Shown here in pieces: positions 53,839 through 64,000 of a DNA stretch of 64,000 nucleotides (positions within the stretch are counted from its first letter, which is position 1; each line of letters begins with the position of its first letter). The notes under the pieces were generated by a model. It saw nothing but the letters and a program-made list of their open reading frames with translations. It did not search any database and was not told the origin of the DNA. This stretch comes from the human T2T-CHM13v2.0 reference genome, Homo sapiens. The stretch lies in the NCBI RefSeq assembly GCF_009914755.1, contig NC_060929.1. One strand, 5' to 3'. The position numbers and the translations under genes are program-made.

Positions 53839-56164
53839 TGTATTAGTCCATTCTCACACTGCTATAAAGAACTACCTGAGACTGGATAATTTATAAAAAT
53901 TAGACTTGGGAGGCCTCAGGATACTTACAATCATGGCAGAAGGTGAAAGGGAAACCAGGCACATCTTACATGGGAATAGGAGAGAGAGAGAGCAAAAAGG
54001 AAATGCTACTTTTAAACCATCAGATCTCATGACAACTCACTCACTATTAAGAGAATAACATGGGAGAAACTGCCCCCATGATCCAATCACCTCCCACCAG
54101 GTCTCACTCTCAACATGTGAGGATTACAAATCAAGATGAGATTTGGGTGGAAACATACAGCCAAATCATATAATTCTGCCCCTGGACCCTCCCAAATCTC
54201 ATGTCCCTTTCACATTTCAAAACTCCTAGTGCCTTCCCAACAGTTCCCCAAAGTTTTAACTCATTTCATGATTAACTCAAAAGTCCAAATCCAAAGTCTC
54301 ATCTGAGACAAGGCACGTCCCTTCCACCTATAAGCCTGTAAAATCAAAAACAAGTTAGTTACTTTGAAGGCAAAATAAGGGTACAAACGTTGGGTAAATG
54401 TTCTTGCTTCAAATGTAAGAAATTGGCCAAAACAAAGGGGCCATAGGCCCCATGCAAGTCTGAAACCCAACAGGGCATTCATTAAATCTTAAAGCTCCAA
54501 AAAAATTCTCTTTACTCTAAGTCTCACATCCAGTGGACACTAATGTGAGAGGTGGGCTCCCAATATCTTGGACAGCTCTGTCCCTGTGAGAAATAAGTCA
54601 AAGAAGATTATTTTTACTCTTCAGAGTACAACCTCCACAGTTCCTTTCATGGGCTGGCATTAGAGCCTGTGGCTTTTTTAGGCACACGGTGCTAGCTGTC
54701 AGTGAATCTACCATTCTGGGGTCTGAAGGATGGTGACCGTCTTCTCAGAGCTTCACTGGGCAGTGCCCCAGTGGGGGCTCCAACCCCACATTTCCCGTCT
54801 GCATTACCCTAGGAGAGGTTCTTTTCTCCATGAGGGCTCCATGCCTGCAGCGGGCTTCTGTCTGGACACCCAGGCATTTCATACATCCTCTGAAATCTAG
54901 GCAGACTCTCCGAAAAATCAACTTTTGTCTTCTGCACACCCACAGGGCTAACAGCACACGGAAGCCACCAAGGCTTGCACTCACTGAAGCAACAACCTGA
55001 GCTGTATCTTGGCCCCTTTTGGCCACAACTAGAGTTGGAGGAGTGGGATGCAGCGTGCCTTGTCCCAAGACTGCACAGAGCAACCAGAGCCTGGCCCATG
55101 AAACCATTTTTTTTCCTCCTAGACCTCCGGGCCTATGATGGGGGAAGCTTTCATGAAGATCTCTGAAAAGCTCAGAAGACATTTTCCTCATTGTCTTGGC
55201 TATTACCATTTTCTTCTTGTTATTTATGGAAATTTCTGCAGCCTTGATTTCCTCCCCAGAAAATGTTTATTCTTTTCTACCACGTGGTCAAGCTGCAAAT
55301 TTTCCAAACCTTTATGCTCTAATTCCCTTTTAAGCATAAGTTCCAATTTCAAACAATCTCTTTGTGAACACATGTGACTGTATGCTTTCAGAAAAAGCCA
55401 GGTCACATTCTGAAAGCTTTGCTGCTTTTAAATTTTTTATGTGAGGTATGCTAAATCATATCTCTTAAGTTCAAAGTTCCCCAGATCTCTAGGGAAGGGG
55501 AAAAATGCTGCCAGTCTCTTTGCTGAGGCATGGTAAGAGTCACCTGTACTCCAGTTCCCTACAAGTTCTTTATCTTCATCTGAGACCACCTCAGCCTGGA
55601 CTTTATTGTCCATATCACTATCAGTATTTTGGTCAAAGCCATTCAAGTAGTCTCTAGGAAGTTCCAAACTTTCCTTCATCTTTCTGTCTTTTTCTGAGCC
55701 CTCCAAACTGTTCCAACCTGTGCTGGTTACCCAGTTCCAAAGTCACTTTCACATTCTCAGGTATTTTTATTGCAATGCCCTACTACCTCAGTACCAATTC
55801 CATGTATTAGTCCATTTTCAGACTGCTATGAGGAACTACCTGAGACTGGGTATTTTATAAAGAAAAGAGGTTTAATTAACTCACAGTTCCACATGACTGA
55901 GGAGGCCTCAGAAAACTTGCAATCATGGCAAAAGGTAAAGGGGAAGCAAGGCACATCTAATATGGCAGTAGGAGAGGGAGAGCAAAGAAGAGAGTGCCAC
56001 TTTTAAACCATCAGATCTCATGAGAACTCACTCACTATGAGGAGAACATCATGGGGGAAAGTGCCTCCATGATCCAATCACCTCCCACCAGGTCCCTTTC
56101 TCAATACATGGGGATTATAATTTGAAATGAGATTTTGGTGGGGACACAGAGCCAAACTATATCA
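53839..56164 (-). mobile_element. Two-LTR MSTA/THE1-type MaLR provirus (LTR 53839-54173, internal 54174-55802, LTR 55803-56164)
   Basis: Paired TGTATTAGTCCATT...ATATCA LTRs; internal ORF remnant 55437-55706 (EGSEKDRKMKESLELPRD...VQAEVVSD) typical of MaLR-int. Confidence 0.9.
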
Positions 56165-56249
56165 CCTCCATAAATGGCTTGAATAATGATTACATTGGCA
56201 AATGTACATGTAAGAATATACAGGTAAGATTATATCTCTAATTATATTA

Positions 56250-56548
56250 TTATTATTTTCTTTGACACAGCATCTTGCTCTTTTACCCAGGCTGGAGTGT
56301 GGTGTGGTGGCACAATCAAAGCTCCCTGCAGACTTGAACACTTGGGCTCAGGAGATCTTCCCCCCTTAAGCCTCCCAAGTAGCTAGGAATACAGGTGTGC
56401 CATCAAGTCTAGCTAATTTTTTAATTTTTATAGAGATGGGGTCTTGCCATGTTGCCCAGGCTGGTCTAGAACTCCTAGCCTCAAGCAATCCTCTTGCAAC
56501 AACCACCCAAAGCACTAAGATTACAGGGATGAACCACCACAACTGGCT
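56250..56548 (-). mobile_element. AluJ
   Basis: GAGATGGGGTCTTGCCATGTTGCCCAGG, CTCAAGCAATCCTC; highly diverged. Confidence 0.88.
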
Positions 56549-57346
56549 TCCATTTATACAATTTATGCCCAAATGTGAACTGCTGAGAGACTTAGCTAAA
56601 CACGTAACTATCCATGATCAAGTAAGCCTTGTCATAATAGGAATAGAAAGAATAGGCTAAACCCAAGCCTTTTTAAAGAGACAAAATGACAACAATTCTT
56701 CCTTTCTACTCCATTTACATTTGTATGCCTCATATATGTTATTTCATATTGCTATATTTTCCTGTACCCTATTATTTTCTGGAAAAAATTTAAATCAAAT
56801 TTTAAATTTAATAATCTTAATCACTGGTTTTGCTTTTTGTTTAGGTGATCAGATAATTTTAAGACAAAATTATAAGAATACATTATATTTGGAAAGTTAT
56901 TGCTTTCATCACAAAATATTGAGCAAATTTCTTCATATTGGATCATGTTTTTCTCTTCATTTTAATATTTCAAGTAAAATGGTTCCTTCAAAAATAATAA
57001 AATTGACCCTAAATATATTGAAATTATTACAGATTTAACTATGACAGAATAATATAATCAAATGTCAAAATGGTAAGTAATACTAGTCACAGTGACATGT
57101 GAACATATAAATAGAATGTATTAATCTTTATTAAGATAACTTTAATGTATGAACCATCTTTTAGAAGAAATACAAACTTGCCTTTTAAAAATAGTCACTT
57201 TTGAGATTTTTAAAGCACATATCTCTTAAATTACATTGGATAAATTTGTTATACCAGTTTTTTAAAATTCAAATATGTATTAAATAGGCACAAAGAAGAT
57301 TGAAATATTTGGAAATTATAAGCGGTAGAAAGTTGATAAAATCCAT

Positions 57347-57697
57347 TGATATGGTTTGGCTATGTCCCAGCCAAATCTAAACTTGTTTGTGTCTCTCAGA
57401 ATTCCCTAGTGTTGTTGGAGGGACACAGGGGGAGGTAATTGAATCATGGGACCCGTCTTTCCCACGCTATTCTCCTGAGAGTGAACAAGTCTCATGAGAT
57501 TTGATGGGTTTATCAGGGGTTTCCACTTTTGCTTCTTCTTCATTTTATTCTCTTGCCACCACCATGAAAGAAGTGCCTTTTGCCTCCCACCATGATTCTG
57601 AGGCCTCCCCAGCCATGTGGAACTGTAAGTCCAATTAAACCTCCTTTTCTTCCCAGTCTTGGGTATGTCTTTATCAGCAGCGTGAAAATGGACTAAT
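57347..57697 (+). mobile_element. THE1A solo LTR
   Basis: TGATATGGTTTGGCT...GGGTTTATCAGGGGTTTCCACTTTTGCTTC...ATCAGCAGCGTGAAAATGGACTAAT. Confidence 0.9.
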
Positions 57698-58059
57698 TTT
57701 ATGTTGCTTGAAGTCAAAACTAAACTATGGAATCTGTTCTTCGTTACAGATGAGTACAAGCTCCTCCATCCTCATTACAAACTCCCTTGTATCAAACAAT
57801 ATGAGAAGAACGGCCCACCATCCTGTCCCCTTAGACAAATTAAAGTTATTTGGCTCTGCATCACTTTTGAAAGAAACCCCTGTTAAAGAAATTATACCAT
57901 AGAATTTCTGCCAAATTCATGAATCTTTTTTATTATCTTTGGCTTTTATATACTTTGATGATTTAAAAAGATTGAATCAACCACTAATTTAGGGAAAAGG
58001 TAAATATAATACAAAGACATTTCCCCTGGAAACATTTAAGTGTGAGTTGCCACCATAAA

Positions 58060-59470
58060 GACCCATTACCCAACTTTAGTTTGTATTTTCCACAAATAAA
58101 ATTCCTATGCTGCATGACCACAATACAACCAGTAATATCAGAAAACCAACATTAAGGCCAGGCATAGTGGCTCATGCCTGTAATCCCAGCGTTTTGTGAG
58201 GCCAAGGCAGGTGGATCACCTAAGGTCCAGAGTTTGAGACCAGACTGGTTAACATGGTGACACTTCATCTCTACTAAAAATACAGAAATTACCCAGGTGT
58301 GATGGCTTACACATATAATCCCAGCTACTCAGAGGCAGGAGAATCATTTGAACCTGGAAGGCAGAGGTTGCAATGAGCCAAGATCGTACCAGCCTAGGCG
58401 ACATTGCACTCCAGCCTGGGAGAGAGTGAGACTCTGTCTCCAAAAAAAAAAAAAAAAGAAGAAGAAAGAAAGAAAAAAGAAAACCAACATTAATACATTA
58501 CTACCATCGACTCCCTAGACCCTATTTAAGTTTCACTGGCTATCTCAATAACGTCCTTCCTAGCAACAGGATTCACTTTACAGTGAAACATTCCATACAG
58601 TTGACATATCTGTTTATGCTCTTCCAGTACAGAACATTTTCTACCTTTTGTTTGGACATATGTGACCTTCACACTTTGATGATTATAAGTCTGTTACTTT
58701 ATAGTATATCCCTCAATTTGTATTTGTCTGCTCCTTTCTCACGGTTAGACTCTCAAGGTGTGCACGTTTAGTGAAAATATCACAAAGAGATGCTGTGCTC
58801 TCTTTACAAGCTCTCAGGTGATGCATGTTTTTGATTTGTCCTGATGATATTCACACTGATCACTTGATTAAGGTAAAGCATGCTTGGCTCCTCTACTATA
58901 AAGAAAGAAACACTCTACAAATTTACCATTCTTAGGTATTTTAGGGGAGTTTATTTTGAAACTATGTTTCTAATTAAGCTTTCAATATATGCATTTACGT
59001 ATTTATAACAATATGGGCTCATGTTTTTCTCTTTGATTCAATGAGTAGTAATCCATTTTGCCATTAATTATTTAAATTCTCAAACTGACAACAATTTAAT
59101 CTTTCAGGATGACCTTATTATCCTTTCAACATTGTCTTAATTTTTAACAATATATATTCCAGGATCATCTTGTAATTTTTCTGCACCAGCTCCAGAATCA
59201 GGCCTCATTCTTTTCAATGGAGCATGTTATTGAGAACCAAGATCTGGGGGTTCAGTGTCCTCATTGCGATTAGGGTATCACTTGTACCAGTTGCTTGGCC
59301 TCTCCCTCTGTCTGTTTCTCTGTCTCTCTCTCTCCATATATGCATACATACATTTATATTGATTTTTTTTAGATTCCATGATTTCATTACTGATACATCC
59401 AGTTTAATCATCAGGCTTCATACTTGTTTATTTCCATTCCATATTTTTAATCCATTCTCTGGCTTTGAGA
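58060..59470 (-). mobile_element. L1MC4/5-like 3'UTR relic interrupted by an Alu
   Basis: ACCACAATACAACC...ATCAGAAAACCAACATTAA|TACATTACTA...CCCTCAATTTG...TTGAGAACCAAGATCTGGG. Confidence 0.6.
58156..58477 (+). mobile_element. AluSx-like
   Basis: Perfect 16-bp TSD AGAAAACCAACATTAA at 58140-58155 and 58478-58493. Confidence 0.92.
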
Positions 59471-59920
59471 AATTTGGCACCTGGTTTTGTTTTAGTTTTT
59501 CAACTTGTTTTCTTATTTTATCAATTCTCTGTTTGACCAATGTCATATCTCTTCCACCTTCTTCCTGACACAGATTCCTCTTCACCATGCTTGTGCTCTG
59601 ACATCCTGTGCCAAAACGGCATTTAAAATCCTTAATTACATGAGAAAGGAAGAGAAAAAAACAACAGATCAAAAAACAAACAAATGCTTAAAATCTTGCA
59701 TCATTGTAACACTTCAAAATTTACTCCAGTATTTTTTCTCAAAAAAAGTTAATGTATATTATGTGACAAAGATAGAGCAAATGTTTTCTAAACTGATGAT
59801 AGCTCTGAGAGCTTTACCCTAAGTCACATTTGTTTGTGTGAGAGATTTGAAGATCTATCATCTAGTTGTCAATCCCTAGCATATTATGACACTCAGCTTG
59901 TCATCTCTTATTCTGTGTGA

Positions 59921-60330
59921 TTCATTCATTCACTCATGCATTCAACAAATGTTCACTGAGCACGTATTTGAAACTGAAGATGCCAGGGTTGTACAGTTAG
60001 TCCTAATCCCTTCACTCTTGCACCTTATCTTAGAATGGTGAAAATAAAAATAGAGAGAAATAAACAAATGATAATATTGTGATGGGTTGTGCTATGCATT
60101 ATGTGGGAAGCAATTTTCTGAGAAACAGAATACCTAGGGAGACCACATTTGGATTTAGTTGTACAAAGACAATTTCTTTAATACAGTGATACACAAAATT
60201 ATAGTAAATTGGAAATATAGGTAGAAATAGAAGAGGCTTTATTTTGTCCACTATTGTGTATATGAAAAACCACTGAGGTATTTCAAATAGGAAAACAACA
60301 TTATCAGATTTATATTTTATAAATAAAGAT
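59921..60330 (-). mobile_element. L2 3' fragment
   Basis: TTCATTCATTCACTCATGCATTCAACAAATGTTCACTGAGCAC terminus. Confidence 0.6.
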
Positions 60331-60385
60331 CTGTAGTTCTATGGGGTACACATTACAGGACATTTTAGCTTAGGCCAAGGGTCAC

Positions 60386-61003
60386 CAGTGATGGTCTGTA
60401 GCTTAAATCTGACACACTGACTGTTTGTGTAAATAATATTATATTGGAATGTAGCCATCTCAGCCTGTTTTCTGCTGCTATAAAAGAACACTACAGACTA
60501 GGCAACTTATAAAGAACAGAAGTTTATTTGGCCAATGCTTTTGAGGGCTGGGAAGTCCAAGAGTTTCTTATCATTTGGTGTTGGCAATTGGAAAGGGTCA
60601 TCCCATAGTGGAAGGGCAGAAAATGGATGGGTGAGAGAGAATGAGAGAGGGCAACAGTACGTGAGACAGAGAGGAAAAGACGATGGAACTCCCAAGATAA
60701 CAGAGCCAGTTTTGAAAAAATGGCATTTGTTTATTTAGGAAGATGAGGTCCTTAGGAGCTAATAGCTTCCAATAAGCTCCATCTCTTAAAACTGCCACAA
60801 TGGCAATGAAATTCCAAATTAAGAACATTTGGGGGGCACATTCAAACTAAAGAAGTAGCCATCCTCACTTTTGTATATATTGTATATGACTGCTTTTTTC
60901 ACTCTAATGGCAGAATTAAATAGTTGCCACAAATACGCAGTGATCCATGAAGCCTAAATATATATTGTATGTATCTTTCTAGAAAATGTTTCTTGACTCT
61001 TGA
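60386..61003. mobile_element. MER58A (hAT-Charlie MITE) split by a MaLR LTR
   Basis: CTGTTTGTGTAAATAATATTATATTGGAATGTAGCC|...ATGGCAGAATTAAATAGTTGCCACA...AAGCCTAAAT...AGAAAATGTTTCTTGACTCTTG. Confidence 0.7.
60456..60854 (-). mobile_element. MSTC/MLT1A-type MaLR solo LTR
   Basis: 5-bp TSD GTAGC at 60451-60455 and 60855-60859; GCTGGGAAGTCCAAGA and CACATTCAAAC motifs. Confidence 0.8.
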
Positions 61004-62166
61004 TTTAGGCAAAAAATAATAGTAACTGGTTACCAAGGTTTTGGTAATATATATGGCAACACTGGGACAGATTTGAGTTCTAAGTTGGTAAGGATGAAAA
61101 TAGAAGATAATTCCTAGTTTTGCAGATTTACGTGTTGATAAATTGTGGTCTTTTTTACTGTGAAGGTGCCATGATTTTTATATTTCACATTTCAATTTTT
61201 CTTTTCCTTATACTTTCCATCTCTATTCTGAAATTTCTCATGTGTTTATGTGTGTTGCCTTCCTAGCAGCTTTAACATATTAATCCCAGTTGTTTTCCTT
61301 AGCCATTATCATGATTAATTTTTTCCCACTATTCAGAAGTTGAGCAGGTTTGGGATTTTGTCTTTGTCTTCCTTGCATCATTACCTTCAAATATCTTCAG
61401 TGTCACCATGTGCTTAATGTGGGCTGTGGTTTTCTAAAGGATTTTCTTGCACTATGCTTAGCTTTAGGTCTTCATCATGTGCTTGTACCTAGAGAGGACA
61501 TCATTCTATCCTCTTTTTTCCCTCCCACAGCTATAGATTGCTATTGTTTGTTAATTGGTGCTGGCTAACCTGGTGGGGGTTGAAGAAGGTGAATTTTCTC
61601 TGGGGTCCAGTTTTAGTCTCAGTCTTAGGCAGATCCTGTGTTACTAAGTCTCAGATGTGGGGTTTCATCAGGGTTTCTGCCACTTTCATATCACTAAGAG
61701 CCTTCTGATTCTCTTGGCAGATATGTAATTTTTCCCTTTCCCAGGGGTAGAGGACTTTTTTCTTTTCCTTTTTCTCCAGCTATAGTAAATCTTCTCCTGT
61801 TCTCTCAGAATAACAAGATGGTTGCTCCTGTCCAAGCAGTTTAAAGCTTTTGCTCCTTGGAGGAAACATGATGTAAACAAGACTTTCTCCTTTCTGCGGT
61901 AGCAGCTGCTCCCCTTCTCCGGTACAGCTCTGTGGAACCAACTTTCTCCAGTCTCCTAACCTGCCCCCAACCTCATTCTTTCTCATGAGCCCCTAGTGGA
62001 GGTCATTGGAGCAGAGCCTGAGAGTAGACGTGAACCCTCCTATGTCTGTGGCAATGAGATATTGCATGCTCTCACACTAACCAGTATTGGTACGGCCTTA
62101 CAGTTCAACCACTTATTTTAATCATTATTGTATAATCAAGGCCTCAAATGGTGGGCCTATTGAAAG

Positions 62167-62220
62167 CAGGAGGCATATAGTAACTATTTTTAGAACAGGA
62201 GGCATGTAGTAACTATTTTT
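62167..62220. repeat. 29-bp-period tandem duplication
   Basis: CAGGAGGCAT(A/G)TAGTAACTATTTTT x2. Confidence 0.9.
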
Positions 62221-63341
62221 TTAAATTAACCCATATTTTACTGATATTAATTCATTATATGCTTATGTAATGTGTTTCAATAATTTTCCTATGAGAATTC
62301 TAGTTTTTATTATCGCCAAATATGGTGCATGTGATTTTGTGTGTGTGTTTATTCTGTGTTTACAGTTAAATTTATTTCTGCAGAATAATTTTCCAAAAAT
62401 AATATTACTTGCTTGAGCATATAATAAGCACATTTAATTTTATTTAAAAATATCCTCCTGGATAATGTTTCTAAACACTATAGCATCTTACAGTTCCACC
62501 AGTAATGTATGAGGACTCCCATGTGCCCTGCTTTAACAGGCACTGGATATAATTACATTGCTTGATTTTCCAAACTATTCATTGATATTGTAATATTTTT
62601 GATAATCTTTTCCCTAATTATATAAAGACTTTGTATGTGTCAGTTAGATATTTGCATCATTTTCTGTGGAATTTGTGTTTTTAATTTTGACCCATTTTAC
62701 ATAGGATTATTTAATTTTTCTATCATCATTAAAGGCTATTTTAAAATATTGGTATCTAATATTCTCCATTAGATGCTGTCTATATCTACTTTTGACCTTT
62801 AATCTTTGGGCAAAATCTTATATAATTATAAATCTAATACCAATGTATAATGGGAGATGATGAATATATAAGGAGACCTATTATTAGTCTTTTAAAAACA
62901 TTAATTGGACTTAACATAGTTGTAATATAGCTGGAATATCCTTATTACACTCTTCTTTAAACTTTGGTATGTGTCCATATAGCACTTTTCATACCAAAGT
63001 TTCTACCTGTTTTCAGTGGCCTTTTCAGATAGAGATCAAAAGAAGACTATGCAATATAGATCCCTAACACAGAGAAAAGATCTGAAGCAGGAAATCAAAG
63101 AAGTTCCCCTGAGATTTCATTTTCTCATTTATTCTCACTGTGGGGAAGAATAAAAATGTTAAATTTCAAATTCTAAGAAAAAGATTAACCAAAAATTGCA
63201 CCGTAATAAATTCAGTGCTCAGATTTTAATCTACCAACAAATTGATGATTTAGTATTTTCATAATTTTTCTATCACCTAGATTACAATGACATTATCTGC
63301 CTTTTTTCATATATATATATTACAAATATGTATGTGTGTGC

Positions 63342-63535
63342 TTGAGTTATTTGAAATACTGTACTGCAGATCAATATCTTATGCAAATTCTTTCATTTAA
63401 TCCTGATAGTAATTTTGAGATGCGAATAATCTTTTTTCACATTTTACAACCCAGAAAAATACCACAAAAGGCTGTGTCACTTTCAAGATTACACAAAGAC
63501 TGGAATAAGGGAGGTGAGACTAAAAGTCCATTCTT
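63342..63535 (-). mobile_element. MIR fragment
   Basis: TTTCATTTAATCCTGATAGTAATTTTGAGATG...CACATTTTACA...GTCACTTTCAAGATTACACA. Confidence 0.6.
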
Positions 63536-64000
63536 ATATGTTTGAGGGAATTTCTCTTTCCAAACATAATTGATCATATTGAGATGGCCACTTCATGTAT
63601 CAATCACAGAGATACTGTTGTTTTCTTTCAAGATATACTTGCATTTTACTTCCTGTCTACACTACTATACAGTTATTCTGATGCAAAGATGGTCATCTTC
63701 CTACCCTGCTACCGGGTAAATTCTTCTGTCTTGCTCCTTATTGTATTCCAATACCTGGCATAGAGCCTGGATTCAAATTGAGGAGTTCTGTAATAAATGT
63801 ATTCGAACAAATGCTATTAATGAACGTTGAATGGTACTAGCATGAATAAAAATAACAAAAGCCTTCTCTTTAGTGGCTAGAAATTGTTCCAACATTTTTA
63901 AAATAAAATTTATTACATATATACTTAATTGTGTTTTTAAAATACTACAAAAATAAAGTTACCTACGATTTTATCTTAATTTTGTTAGTGGATTAAATAC

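Overview
AT-rich, gene-poor great-ape (human-like) genomic DNA made mostly of transposable-element relics. I find no host protein-coding gene, RNA gene or CRISPR array; the long ORFs in the track are LINE-1, MaLR or ERVL remnants. The window is dominated by two full-length, same-orientation L1PA2-type LINE-1s (10852-16890 and 46923-52942, both minus strand), each with its own perfect 15-bp TSD. It also holds 12 Alus, a near-complete Tigger1, a Charlie1, a two-LTR MSTA provirus, several solo MaLR LTRs, an ERVL pol relic and old L1M/L2/L3/MIR fragments. I see no evidence for a new biological system. The most notable signal is that the two L1s look like separate insertions (different TSDs, different 5'UTR lineage states) yet share the same ORF1 nonsense codon and several other non-consensus bases, which suggests patchy ectopic gene conversion. 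Two old local rearrangements are also visible: a scrambled Charlie1/L1MA junction and a small inversion in the ERVL RT. Family names come from my recall of consensus sequences, not from a RepeatMasker run.
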